Below, one piece after another: positions 24,803-37,775 of a stretch of 64,000 nt of DNA. Every line of letters begins with the position of its first letter. Position 1 is the stretch's first letter. The notes under the pieces were generated by a model, which saw nothing but the letters and a program-made list of their open reading frames with translations, made no database searches and had not been told where the DNA came from. The stretch lies in contig CM075988.1 in the NCBI GenBank assembly GCA_038087875.1, forward strand, positions 24,492,001 to 24,556,000, in the 5' to 3' direction. The position numbers and the translations under genes were made by a program. Source of the stretch: Malacoraja senta (Eukaryota).

Positions 24803-24895
24803 CAACCTGGCTGGCACAATCAAATAAGATCAAATAGAACAAGTTGTCCTACAACTTTAGGCTGTGCACGCCATACGCAAGAAGAAGAAGAAGAA
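24750..24895 (+). mobile_element. Short (GAA)n-tailed retroposon, family A
   Basis: Starts GGGGTGGG and ends CATACGCAAGAAGAAGAAGAAGAA; homologous to 46722-46860; no clear TSD. Confidence 0.85.
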
Positions 24896-24933
24896 CCATG
24901 GCAGCAACATGGTGGCTGCGTGTGTTCTTCATG

Positions 24934-25126
24934 CACTGCTCAACTACATAGGTCACAATTTAGCACAGAGATCTTATTTGCACTCAAAGATATGTGCTAA
25001 ATTGTGACCTGTGTACTTGGATCACCTACGCAAATCTGCAAAATTTGCCACAAAGATGTTGAAAAACATTTAACAATTTTTTGGGCAAATTTTGCAGATT
25101 TGTGTAGGTGTTCCAAATGAGCAGCA
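24934..25126. repeat. Double-hairpin (Y-shaped) palindromic element
   Basis: Hairpin 1 at 24945-25015 and hairpin 2 at 25017-25116, closed by CTGCTCA/TGAGCAG. Confidence 0.75.
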
Positions 25127-25339
25127 GTTTCACAACCTCACCATCCACTTTCCAGATAAGAGTTCAAGAAGGAACTGCAGATGCTGGAAAATCGAAAATC
25201 CTTCGCTCCTTAGATGCTGCCACACCCGCTGAGTTTCTCCAGCATTTTTGTCTACCTTCCAGATAAGAGTGTTAACAAGTGACAGGAATTGACGTGCCTT
25301 TGAAGGTGGTGAGGAGGTGAGGTGGGTTTAGGAGGAGGA

Positions 25340-25895
25340 ATAAACAACAGACAATAGGTGCAGGAGTAGGCCATTTGGCCCTTCGAGCCAGCACCGCCAT
25401 TCACTGTGATCATGGCTGATCATCCACACTAAGTACTCCGTTCCTGCCTTCTCCTCATATCCCCTGATTCCGCTATCTTTAAGAGCTATATCCAACTCTC
25501 TCATGAAAGCATCCAGAGAACCGGCCTCCACTGCCCTCTGAGGCAGAGAATTCCACAGATTCACAACCCTCTGTGTGAAAACGTTTTTCCTCATCTCCGT
25601 TCTAAATGGCTTACCCCTTATTCTTAAACTGTGGCCCCTGGTTCTGGACTCCCCCAACATCGGGAACATGTTTCCTGCATCTAGTGAGTCCAAACCATTA
25701 ATAACCTTATGTGTCAATAAGATTCCCACTCATCCTTCTAAATTCCAGAGTGTACAAGCCCAGCCGCTCCATTCGATCAACATTTGACAGTCCCGCCAGC
25801 CCGGGAATTAACCTTGTGAACCTACGCAGCACTCCCTCAATAGCAAGAATGTCCTTCCTCAAATTTGGAGACCAAAACTGCACACAATACTCCAA
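25340..25895 (-). mobile_element. CR1 LINE 3' portion
   Basis: LEYCVQFWSPNLRKDILAIEG...RVVNLWNSLPQRAVEA followed by 3' UTR. Confidence 0.9.
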
Positions 25896-27109
25896 AGACT
25901 GGAGGACAGGAGTCAAAGGAGGACGTGTGAACAGTGTCAGGAGGGGACCTGAAAGAAAAGGTGTTTGCAGACGTTGAGGGTCTGCTGAGGATCGATGGGA
26001 AATGGTGGGGGCAGTTCTAGCTACAGCGGATAGAAAACATTGGGTTTGATATTGATAGTGTAAATGAAGCTCGTAGCAACAGATAGTGAAGGGAAATGGC
26101 CACTGCATGATGAAGATGAATGGTGACGGCATCTTGAATGAGTGGGGAGGGGGGTGGGGGGGGCGGACACGACAAAGGCTAGAGATCTGGTGTTGACATT
26201 AAACATTTAGAATATTATTTTGACAGGCAATACTTGAAAGAAGAAATGAGAGTATTCACCGAAGGGGTTATTGCCTTGAAACAAAGCTCATTCTTTCTTT
26301 TGTCTGGCTGTGAGTGATTAGTATTCCACAGCAGGCAATGTACCTCAACAAAAATCAATACCAGACTCCACTATAAACTTTAATAGGAACTATAATGAGT
26401 GCTTTACAGTCAATAATTATAGAAAATAGGTTTGCCAGGTCAGGTTGAGGTACTGTAGTGTGGAGGGGTGTATGGAACAGATACAGATCATTTCAAGTAT
26501 ATACATTAATAAAAGTAAAAGCACTCTGCATCATATCACGGTTGGAATGTCAGTTCCGTCGGTACACTTGTTAATCCCACAGGCATTTCTCAGGAGACGT
26601 TTGTATTGAAAGTTTACAACTAGTCGACTTGTCAATGCAATGGACTAATAAAGAAATCTCCCACGTGAAGTATCCTAAGAGCCAGAGGGGCAAGAGAGGA
26701 ATATTGTGCACATCAGCACCAGCTGTTGACTCCCAGTCAGGGAGTGGCTGGTATAAACAGGTGATCTGCCAACAGTGCATAGAGTGGTACAAAGATCAGG
26801 AAAATGCAGCCCTGGGCAGGCATCCTTTGAAGTTCAGACTGCTAAAAAAATCGAAAGATCTTTCCAACAGCAGAATAGCATTAAAAAAAATCGCCCTTAA
26901 ACTACTGGGCAGTTTTCCAATTTTTTTTCGCCACTCAGGTATGACTTTTTCCCTCACTCCAATGAATGACTTATTTTTACAACACTTCAATGATATCTCC
27001 CCGTATAATTTCCCCTGGTCTAAAGGAAGCAGCAGAGAGGCCGACTCTTGGCCACACCAAGCTTGTGTTTCCATGGCCAGCTGAAATGCAGGCAGAGTGG
27101 AAAATTTAA

Positions 27110-27365
27110 TAGGACCTACCTTCAGAAAGGAGATGAGGAGGAATCACTTTAGCCAGAATCTGTGGAATTCATTGCCACAGACGGCTGTGGAGGCCAAGAC
27201 TTTGGGTATTTTTAAAGTGGAGATTGACAGGTTCTTGATTAGTAATGTTCTCAAGGGTGATGGGGAGAGGCCAGAGAATGGGGTTGAGAGGGAAAGATAC
27301 ATCAGCCATATTTGAATGGCGGAGTAGACTTGATGGGCCTAATAACACAATTCTGCTCCTAATAA
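27110..27365 (+). mobile_element. CR1 LINE 3' end
   Basis: TFRKEMRRNHFSQNLWNSLPQTAVEA. Confidence 0.8.
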
Positions 27366-28134
27366 CCTAATTCTGCTTCTCTGACATTTTTTTCAAACAA
27401 TTGGCCCCAAGCTAACCTCCCTATTTATTTCAAATTCTGTGCAAACTTTCCATTCTTTTTTGTCCAAGACACACTGCAACACTGCTCTCCTTGTTACCAG
27501 TGTGAGTTATGTGTAGCTGTACTTATAGTTCATTCTCTTTCCTCATCTTTGTTATCTTTGACATCACTGACCATCCCATCCTTAGTGTCAGACCTTGCTA
27601 GTCCATCTTTCTGGCTGTGCTCTCGCTTGAAGTTGGAACAAAGAAATCATCTCTGTGATATGGAATGTTGATTAGACTCTGCTCAGAGCTCCGTGCAGAG
27701 TTCTGAACTCCGAGTACACAGGGACAAGAGAGAAGCTGCAAATAATATATTTATAAGGAGAATAACAAAGCTGATGGATTATGTGGAGCAGGATGGAATG
27801 AACATGCCAGGATTCTTTCCTTCCTTATAGAGCATGACCGAGCTGATCGTATTTATAAATAGAAAGAAAATGTGTAGATAGGACATGTTGGTTGGTGTGG
27901 GCAGGTTGGGCTGAAGGGCTGGTTTCCACGCTGTATGACTACGACTGTACAATTCTATAACTGTACAATAGGGTAAATATAGATGTTTGCACTCTGACAG
28001 GTGTATAAGTATAAGATAATATTACTCCACGCAAGAAACGCCTCTTAACCGTCTAAATGTATTAAGACGAAGATTCGTTGAGATGAATAGCATATTAGGT
28101 GTGTAAAGGGAGACCCCAAATAAATACAAAAAGA

Positions 28135-28875
28135 TATGAAAATAGAAGCATAGAAAATAGATGCAGGAGTAGGCCATTCGGCCCTTTGAGCCAGCACCAC
28201 CATTCAATATGATCATGGCTGATCATCCAAAATCAGTACCCCGTTCCTGCTTTTTCCCCATATCCCTTGATTCTGTTAGCCCTAAGCTAAACTCTCTCTT
28301 GAAAACATCCAGTGAATTGGCCTCCACTGCCATCTGTGGCAGAGAATTCCACAGATTCACAACTCTTTGGGTGAATACAGCTCCATCAATCAGTGTAGGA
28401 AAGAACTACAGATGCTGGTTTAAATCGAAAGGTAGACACAAAAAGCTAGAGTAACTCAGCGGGACAGGCAGCATCTCTGGAGAGAAGGAATGGGTGACGT
28501 TTCGGGTCGAGACACTTCTTCAGGGTCTCAACCCGAAACTTCACCCATTCCTTCACTCCAGAGATGCTGCCTGTCCCATTGAGTTACTCCAGCTTTTTGT
28601 GTCTATCTTCGGAGGAAGCAGGCCCTTCGGCCTACCGAGTCCGCGCCAATTAGCGATCACCCCTACACTAGCACTTTCCTACACACTAGGGACAGTTCAC
28701 AATTTTACTGAAGCCACTTAACCTATAAACCTGAACGACTTTGGAGTGTGGGTGGAAACCGGAGCACCCGGAGAAAACCCACACAGTCACAGGGAGAATG
28801 TACAAACTCCATACAGTCAGCACCCGGGTCTCTGGCGCTGCAGGGCAGCAATTCTACCACTGCACCACTGTGCCT
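28135..28875. mobile_element. Composite of CR1 3' end (minus, to about 28375), Penelope inverted pair (about 28392-28610) and HE1 SINE (minus, about 28618-28875)
   Basis: Homology to the other in-window copies. Confidence 0.75.
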
Positions 28876-29429
28876 CCTGACATCTTCTCCTTATTTTCTT
28901 CAGTCAGGTAGCATTTGCGGAAGGAATGTTTCCAACATTTTTGGCTTATATTTGATCTCTCCAGAAGCATCTGGCAGAGGAAGAGACAGAGCCATCTTTA
29001 TACTAAATAACTAGGTTTGGCTTTTGATTCTGGAATCCTGATACTGCCCAAAATGAGGACACTTAGCTCATTAATGGAAACATCCATTTAATTCCCTTTT
29101 CTGATTCCCCCCCGCGGACCTGTTTATTATTCGCTTTATGTATTCATCTAATTCCCTCGTGAATATTGTCATTAATCCTCTGTCATCTCCCTTCCAGTAA
29201 CTCCAATCCAAATAACTGTGTTAAGAAAAGATTTGCTAATGCTATCCCTGATTCTTCTGGCAATCGCACTAACGGCATGTCCTGTCAATGACTCCTCTTC
29301 CACTGAATCCAATTTGTCTTATTTTTATCTCAGAAATGATTCAGGAATCTCAACATGACTATCACGTTTCTCCACAACAGTCTATGCTGTAGGAAGAACC
29401 ACCAAGCCTCTCCAGCCTCTCCACAAACC

Positions 29430-30140
29430 TAAATGAGTTTTTTGAAGAAGTAACCAAAAAGGTAGATGAGGGCAAAGCTGTAGACATTGCTACATGAACT
29501 TCGGCAAGGCATTTAATAAGGCTGGCTGCTCTGGAAGGTTAGATTGCATGGGATCCAGGGAGAGACAGATGACCAGATGGAGAATTGCCTTCATGGAAAG
29601 ATGCAGATGGTGATGGTAAAAGGCTGTTTTTTTGGGACTGCTGGCCTGTGACTAGCGGCGTCCCTCAGGTATCTGTGCTGGGACCATATACTGTTTGCAG
29701 TTTATATCATTGATTTAGATAATGAATATAGAAGGCATGATTAGTAAGTTTGCAGATGACACTAAAGTGGATGATATCATAGATAGCGAAGATGGTTATC
29801 AAAATTTACAGCAGGATCTTGATCATTTGGACAAGTTTGCTGAGGAATGCTTAATGGAGTTAAATGCAAATAAGTGCAAGGTGTTGTATTTTGGGAAGTC
29901 AGACCAGGGCAGAACTTTCACCATGAATGGTAGGGCACGGGGGAGTGTTGTAGAGCAGAGGGATCGAGGAGTGCAGGTACAGAGTTATTTGAAAGTGGCG
30001 TCACAGGTAAATAGGGCGGTCAAGTAGGCTTTCGGTACGTTGGCAGGTTCAGTCAGGTTATTGAGTATAGAATTTGGGATGTTATGTTACAGTTAGCAAT
30101 GGCAAGTTGGACCAAAGGGCTTGTTTCCATGCTGTATGAC
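29430..30140 (+). pseudogene. Degraded CR1 RT fragment
   Basis: SGVPQVSVLGP-like text and ISKFADDTKV...QNLQQDLD. Confidence 0.8.
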
Positions 30141-30767
30141 TTGATATCTGCGGTCTCTTATCTTTGGCAGCATTCTGGTAAGTTGCTGCTTCATTGACAC
30201 CAGAGACCTGACATTCTTCATGTAGCGCTCAGAATGAACATAATATTCAACCTAAGACGCAATTAACATTTTATAAAAGTTCTGAATGTTTTGTCTTTGT
30301 TTTCCAATGGCAGTATTAATAATACCATTTGCTTTCATGGCAACTTTTCTGTTTATCCCAATTCCTCCAGGGTCTCAAACGAAGTACACTCCTTCAAACC
30401 CTTTGATTCCTGTACCCATTCTAAAGTTGATTCAATTAGTTTACATGGCTGCTTCCTATTCTTTCTCATTATTTTTTTTCTCCCTTTTCTAGTCCAAAGA
30501 CATTGAATGGCATTTCTATAATGATTATCACATCGTAAAAAAAAAAGGATACTTATGCCAACAGTTATACGTCCTGACTTTTTGGTGGATATTTAATGAC
30601 CAATTAAAATGACAATTCAAAAAAGTCAATAAAACAACCCAATGCTTCTGAGGGTGGGATGCCACCGTGTGAACCAAATAGCAGATGGAGTAAATCGAGC
30701 GGAGAATATTGGAGATTCACAATCTACATTGAATTGTTTTATCTTCTCAGCTTCTGCAGGCACTGCG

Positions 30768-31190
30768 CCTGTACTTGCTGGAGTTTAGAAGGATGAGGGG
30801 GGACCTCGTTGAAACGTACAGAATAGTGAAAGGCTTGGATAGAGTGAATGTGGAGAGGATGTTTCCATTAGTGGGAGAGTCTAGGACCAGAGGACATACG
30901 TAGCCTCAGAATACAAGGACCTTCTTTTAGGAAGGAGATGAGGAGAAATTCCTTTAGTCAGAGGGTGGTGAATCTGTGGAATTCTTTGCCTCAGAAGGCT
31001 GTGGAGGCCAAGTCAGTGGATATTTTTAAGGCAGAGATAGATAGATTCTTGATTAGTATGGGTGTCAGAGGTTATGGGGAGAAGGCAGGAGAATGGGGTT
31101 AGGAGGGAGAGATTGATGAGCCATGATTGAATGGCGGCGTAGACTGGATGGGCCGAATGGCCTAATTCTACTCCTATCACTTATGATCTT
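30768..31190 (+). mobile_element. CR1 LINE 3' end
   Basis: LEFRRMRGDLVETY...WNSLPQKAVEA followed by 3' UTR. Confidence 0.85.
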
Positions 31191-32309
31191 CTGACCTACT
31201 TGGCCGATTTGCTCATTAATGCTGGAATGATGCACTGATATTTTTCTTGAAGAATTTGGCCCAATGACTTTTGGGATCAGTACGAAGGTTAGGTTAGCAA
31301 CAATGGATAAATTGCAAGTACTCGAAACCTGAAGTAAACATAGAGCTTGATGGAAATGCACAGTAGATCAGTCAGCATTGAAGGGTAAAAATGTCAATGA
31401 GCGGATGAAGATAGCACAGTACACAGATTCACACAGTGCAGAAAGCAGTACATGGATTTATACAGCACCTAAAACAGCCACATCCCCCCAGAAATCCATG
31501 GCAACCATCAAATGCCAAACTTCTGTTAATTCCATTTAATTCACCCACTGTCGTGTAAGGAGCCGGTAGAGACAGATAGAGGGTTCAGAGGCAGGAGGGG
31601 GAAGTAGAATGGAAAAGAGAGAGAGGAGCAATCAGAGGTGAAGGGAGAGGGAACCACAGAACAGGCAGAGAGAAGGTTGTAGGGAAGGCATGGAAAGGAG
31701 AAAAACAAGGGTGAGGCGGACAGGCACAGTAACAAGGTGCAAACTGAAGATAGACACCAAAAGCTGGAGTAACTCAGCGGGACAGGCAGCATCTCTGGAG
31801 AGAAGGAATGGGTGACGTATCGGGTCGAGATCCTTCTTCAGACTTTGATCAGTGATGCTGCCTGTCCCATTGAGTTACTCAGGCTTTTTGTGTCTATCTT
31901 CGGTTTAAACCAGCATCTGCAGTTCCTTCCTACACAATGACGTGCAAATGTTGGACATTTAAAAAATGACAAGAAAATGACAATATCTGTGAGGCTCAGC
32001 TAAACTATGTGTCTTCACAGCTTTGTTTAGCCTGAACGAAAGATCGGATGGGAGGATAAAATGAGATTAAAACAGAAAACCTGAAGCTCAGACAGGCTTC
32101 ATCTGTTCACTGGTGTCTTTATCTGCCTGTCTCTTTGTCTATCTGCCTGTCTGTGTCTATCAGTTGTATATCTGTCTGCCTCTGTCTGTTCCACATACGT
32201 TTATCTGTCTGTCTGTTTCCGCTGTGTTTTGTCCATCTGCCTGCATTCTACCCAATCACATGCTGAATTGTCAGAAACGCACCAGGAAATCTACTGCCCA
32301 CGGAAAAAT

Positions 32310-32780
32310 TAGTTTAGTTTAGACAGTGTGGAAATAGGCACTTCAGCCCACCGAGACCGCACCGACCAGCAATCCCCACACATTAACACTATCCCACACA
32401 CTAGGGACAATTCTCAGCCAATTAACCTGCAAAACCTGTGCATCTTTGGAGTGTGGGGGGAAACCGAAGATCTCGGTAAAAAACTCTCGTGGGGAGAACG
32501 TACAAACTCCGTACAGACAGCACCTGTGGTCGGGATTGGACCCGTGTCTCTGACACTAAAAGCGCTGTAAAGTGCCTGTCCCACTTACGTGATTTTTTTC
32601 ACCGACTGGGTGACGCCTGTATGGCCGTGAGTAGTCGCCCAAAGAGTCGTACCTTTTTCTGGTCGTTGCTGGATTTTCAACATGTTGAAAATTTTCGGCA
32701 ACCTGCTGCGACTATGACGGGGTGCCGGCAAGTTGCCGAAAAAATCGCGTAAGTGGGAACTCTATTGCTGCGCCACCGTG
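32310..32780 (-). mobile_element. HE1-type V-SINE interrupted by a Harbinger-like MITE at 32571-32758
   Basis: MITE begins TAA|AGTGCCTGTCCCACTTACG and ends CGTAAGTGGGA (right end clipped). Confidence 0.75.
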
Positions 32781-33305
32781 TAACGTGAACTGAATGCCTG
32801 GTCACTTCACATTACAGTGGTCCCAAATGAAAGAGGTCAGCGTGGTGCAGGTGGATTCTCCACTACACAACACCATCTGTGGACAATTAACTGGGATTGT
32901 AAAACAGTTATTCCCCTTCTCATATAGTGTAATGTAGTGATTAAATTACTGGATGAGTACCCAGAAGTAGTCAAAATACTGAATGGTGTTGATAGAATAA
33001 AGAGAAAATGTTTAGAGGGAATGGTAAACAGAACATGGTGCTGGCTCGACATGGCTCGAAGGGTCGAATGGCCTACTGCTGCACCTATTGTCTATTGTCT
33101 AACATGCAAAATTAGGGTTTTTGGCAAAAGAACCAGATGCAGTTTGAGAGAACTAAATTGACTTCTTAAATAGGCCTTCAACATCAAGGATGCCTGACCT
33201 TCTCTGTTTTTTTTGGTTCCAAGATGATACAGAGGCCAGCGTGGAATGCAGACTCTTCCATACTTAGTGTCGTTGCTAGGCAAAGGTTGGCGGGGTGGCT
33301 GGTTA

Positions 33306-33636
33306 TGGCCCTGTCCCATGGTACGAGTTCATTCCAAGAGCTCTCCCTGGTTTAAAAAAAAATCAAACTCGTGGTAGGCACGGAGAATGCACGTAGCGGG
33401 TACGTCGGAGCTCGGGGACGTCTCTTAGCAGCTCGTAACGCTAACGGCAGGTACTCGGGAAGACTCGCTAACGGCAGGTAAGCTCGGGAAGACTCGTGAA
33501 GATTTTTCAACATGTTGAAAAATGTCCACGAGAGCCCCGAGTACCGACAAGTGGCCATTAACGTAAATCTCCAGGTTCGAATCAGGGCAAACTCGGGAGA
33601 GCTCTTGGAATGAACTCGTACCGTGGGACAGGGGTT
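33306..33636. mobile_element. PIF/Harbinger-like MITE, family H1
   Basis: Long TIRs; TTA TSD at 33303-33305 and 33637-33639. Confidence 0.85.
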
Positions 33637-33984
33637 TTAGTTTGTGAGGTTGTCTAGAGTTTATGTGTTGCCTCGAGGATCTCAGTCCCATCACGGATTT
33701 GTCTTCTCTACCTGCAGCAGTGATGGGTCTGAGATTCCTCTAAGTCATTGGAGATGTAGTATATCTTCAAGGTGGTTTTGAACTTTGAATCTTTCCCTCT
33801 GGCTGCCTCATATAAAAACATCTGAAAAATAGTTTGTTTTATGACCATCGGGCTATTAAACGCCAAACCTCCAAATAGGCTCTGAACTATATAGACTTTG
33901 GGGCATTATTTTATACTTTGCCCTGTCATTGTTTATTTGTCTGTCTGTCTCTTTATATACAGTATATACACACATACACACATA

Positions 33985-33986
33985 TG

Positions 33987-34077
<91 letters not shown>
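33985..34077. repeat. (TA)n(TG)n compound microsatellite within a LINE 3' UTR-like segment (about 33840-34198)
   Basis: Direct reading; segment ends CAATAAAACACTCTTGACACTTGA like 37098-37168 and 59227-59300. Confidence 0.95.
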
Positions 34078-34080
<3 letters not shown>

Positions 34081-34200
34081 CACATATACATATACATGCG
34101 GGTGTATGTGTGCCTGTGCGTGTATAATCATAATATTTATATACATACATACATGTCCCGTTGGGGACATCAGACAATAAAACACTCTTGACACTTGAAC

Positions 34201-34605
34201 ACTATCGCCCACCACCTCCGCTCAGTTCGCAATAACCAACCTGATCTCCCGGTGGCTCAGCACTTTAACTCCCCCTCGCATTCCGAATCCGACCTTTCTG
34301 TCCTGGGCCTCCTCCGTGGCCAGAGCGAGTCGCACCACAAATTGGAGGAACAGCACCTCATATTTCGCTTGGGTAGTTTACACCCCAGCGGTATCAACAT
34401 TGACCTCCAATTTCAGGTAGTCCTTGCTTTCTCCCTCCTTCCCCTCCCCTTCCCAGCTCTCCCACAGCCTACTGTCTCCACCTCTTCCTTTCTTCTTCCA
34501 GCCCCCCCCACCCCCACATCAGTCTGAAGAAGGGTCTCGACCCGAAACATCACCTATTCCTTCGCTCCATAGATGCTGCCTCACCCGCTGAGTTTCTCCA
34601 GCTTT
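34201..34605 (+). mobile_element. Penelope-like element 3' end: GIY-YIG endonuclease C-terminus plus pseudo-LTR with hammerhead-like motif
   Basis: HLRSVRNNQPDLPVAQHFNSPSH...EEQHLIFRLGSLHPSGINID; CTGAAGAAGGGTCTCGACCCGAAAC at 34524-34548. Confidence 0.85.
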
Positions 34606-35239
34606 TTGGCAAGTGGCTGGGTTCAGGACAATTTGGGATGCACTAGCCAGTGATGTCCGCTCTCTGTAAATGATTATTTCTGCTGAATCTGCTTCCATTA
34701 TGCTTTCAAGTCATGCATTCCAGATAACAATATGCCTCTGTGTAAACAAACACACCCTCACAGCACTTTTGCCAATCACCTTAAATCTCTATTCAGTGTT
34801 CATTGATCTTTCTGACCCCGCTCATTATTTTGAGCAGCTCCATTTTGAGCAAACCTCCTTCACCTCTCTTCTCCAAGCTGAGGTATCCCAGCTTGAAACC
34901 CCTTATCCTTCATATATGTCTTCTGCATTCTCATTAAAGCCTTGATAGTCTTTTAAAGGGGTGATGCTTTAGAATGAACAGAATACTTTAGCTGAGGTCC
35001 AACTGGTGCTTTACACAAGTTGACGCTAGGCTGTAGTTGACTCTGGCAGTACACTTTATGACGATTTCTAATCCAAGAATCCCATCTATGTTTCTTGCAG
35101 CATTTTCAGCCTGTATAGTCACCTGCAAAGGTTTGTCTATTAACAATCAGTGGGTTGTTTTTTTTCCCACACTCACCATCCCTCTAACAAGCTGTCAAAT
35201 GAATGACCCAAGTTTGGCTTCTCCCAACAATACTTTGGC

Positions 35240-35462
35240 TTTGACTTTGACATCGGGAGGAGAATGGGGAGTGCAGGGGAGAGACAAGACTTGCCTTCCA
35301 TCACAGTGAGGAGGAGATTCACTGTGATGGATGTTTGTGTAAATTGTGTTGTGTCTTGGTTCTTTTCTTGTTGTATGACTGCAGGAACCAAATTTCGTTT
35401 GAACTTCATTTGAGGTCCAAATGATAATAAACGGTATTGTATGGTATTGTATTGTATTGTAC
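35240..35462 (+). mobile_element. LINE-type 3' end with AATAAA and (ATTGT)n tail
   Basis: Related copy at about 36870-37040. Confidence 0.5.
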
Positions 35463-36322
35463 TACTGTAATGCTGAACAATAATCATATAACTTGTATTA
35501 ATCCAGCATCTTTAATGCAGGATTTGTCAAAAACATGCTTCACACAGAGCGTTGTGAAATGTAAGAAAGTTAGATTTTACAGAACAGCAGAGAGAGGGGT
35601 ACAAAAGAGAAGGGAATTGAGGCCAACGATAGAGCAATGGAAATCATAAAAATGCTTGATGTCTGAATAAGAACAACAGAGACTCCAAGGACTGTAGGGT
35701 GGGTGGAAGTTCTAGACATGGGGAGTGGGCTATCACTTCTTTTGATTTATCTACTTATTTTCCGACTCATGTTGAGGCCCTCCTCTATGAGCCTCAAGCT
35801 TTTTTTTTGCAGGGATCTCAGCAAATAAATAACACATTTCATACATTGTATCCTGTGTGTCATTAAAATCCACCCTGGGGCTCCAGCAGTGAAGGTAGCA
35901 GGTGCAGGCAGCTTCAAGGGGAAGGTGTCCCCACTGCATTGTGTCTATCCCTTCTGAAGTGTGTTCATCTTTCTCCAATCCCTATTAACTTGATGAAACG
36001 TTTGATGTATCCGAGCATGTTTAGCAGTAGATTGCTAATGAAATCAGACGCGAGTTTGTCAGAAGTAATTCCATTTGATTTGGTTTGCATTAAAAGATTG
36101 GACCTGGTCAACTGCTTACAACAAATTCTGAATTTTAAAATGCTGCGGTGCTTCTTATTCACAGCATTAACTTCCTGCTTAATCTTCGACTCAAGTTCAC
36201 CTCAGCTGCTTGCGTTATGGGGGAATTCCCTCGTACTGTTAACCCACTCGTCATCCCTTATTTCATTGGTGCTTGTGGGTTCGTGCTGGGTGAAAATTGC
36301 AACATTTCTGTATATTCTCTTA

Positions 36323-36648
36323 AAGCCCTGTCCCACGGTACGAGTTCATTCCAAGAGCTCTCCCGAGTTTTAAAAAAATCCAACTCGTGGTAAGCACGGA
36401 GAATGAACGTAGCGGGTACGTCGGAGCTCGGGGACGTCTCTTAGCGGCTCGTTACGCTAACGGCAGGTACTCGGGAAGACTCGCTAACGGCAGGTAAGCA
36501 CGGGAAGACTCGTGAAGATTTTTCAACATGTTGAAAAATGTCCACGAGAGCCCCGAGTACCGACGAGTGGCCATTACCGTAAATCTCCGAGTTCAAATCA
36601 GGGCAAACTCGGGAGAACTCTTGGAATGAACTCGTACCGTGGGACAGG
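36323..36648. mobile_element. PIF/Harbinger-like MITE, family H1
   Basis: Same TIRs; left flank TTA, right end slightly clipped. Confidence 0.85.
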
Positions 36649-37284
36649 TGGCTGCATCTTCAAAACACTTCACTGACTCCACACGTCAGAAGAGTGAAAG
36701 GCACTATATCAATGCAGTACTTCAGAGACCATTAGGATATGGATGGTAGATGCAATGCATTGTCCAAAATGTTTGTTTGTTTTTTATGTGTACGTATGCG
36801 TGTGTGCGTTCTTGGCTACGGGAGCCAAGATCGTCCCATGAACGGAAGGCTCGAGGCTCCCAACCGCGGTAGAACCCATCACAGTAAGGAATGTGGAGGA
36901 GTCACTGTGGTGGATGTTTACGTTAAAATGTATTTTGTGTGTCTTGTTGCTTTTTATTGGTATGACTGTATGGCAAATCAAATTCCTTGTATGTTGCAAT
37001 ACATACTTGGCGAATATAGTACGATTACAATTATGATTATGACACAACTTTTGTTCTCCATTATTATATTGTTTAAAGTGCACTATGTTTACATATTCTG
37101 CTGCGAGTAAGAATTTCATTGCCCTATCTGGAACATTTGAGAATAAAGCGCTCTTGACTTGACTCTTGAAAAAAGAGCAAGAGAAACTGTTCAGGGAAAA
37201 TAAAGAGTTCAAGTTCAAGTATAGTGCAGCATAGGTACAATGAAAAATCTTGCTTGCAACAGCATTGCAGGCATAAAGACTCAG

Positions 37285-37775
37285 ACATAGAACATAGATT
37301 AGTACAGCAAAGGGACAGGTCTTTCGGCCCACAATGTTTATGCAGAACACGATGCCATTAAACTGATGTCATCGGCCTGTACGATCCATATCCTTCTATT
37401 CCTTGCACTTCCATGTGTATTTCTGAAAGCCACTTAAATGCCACTATTGTATCAGCCTCCACCATCACCCCAGGCAATGTGTTTCAGACCCCCACTACTC
37501 TCTGTATAAAACACCTTCCCCGCACATCTCCATAAAACTTCCCCCCTCTTATTTTATAGCGTTGGACATTTCCACCCGGGAAAAAGGTTATGATTGTGTC
37601 TACACTACTCTGCCTCTCATAATTTTATCTGCTTCTATCCAGTCTCCCCTCAACCTCTGACGTTCCAGAGAAAACGATCCAAGTTTACCCAACATCTCCT
37701 TGAAGCTGAAACCCTCAAATCCAGACAGTATTCCGGTGAACCTCCTCTGTACCCTCCCCAGAATCTCCACGTGTT
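37285..37775 (-). mobile_element. Degraded CR1 3' portion
   Basis: LGRVQRRFTGILSG...LERQRLRGDWIE. Confidence 0.75.

Noticed and set aside
26629..27084. 151-aa ORF
   Set aside because: No motif, family resemblance or splice support
31575..32245. Purine-rich and (TCTG)-rich tracts
   Set aside because: Decayed simple repeats with no further structure
33856..34215. ORFs with HT or CV repeats
   Set aside because: They are translations of the (TG)n/(TA)n microsatellite
35939..36373. 144-aa hydrophobic ORF
   Set aside because: No recognisable domain and it runs into a MITE
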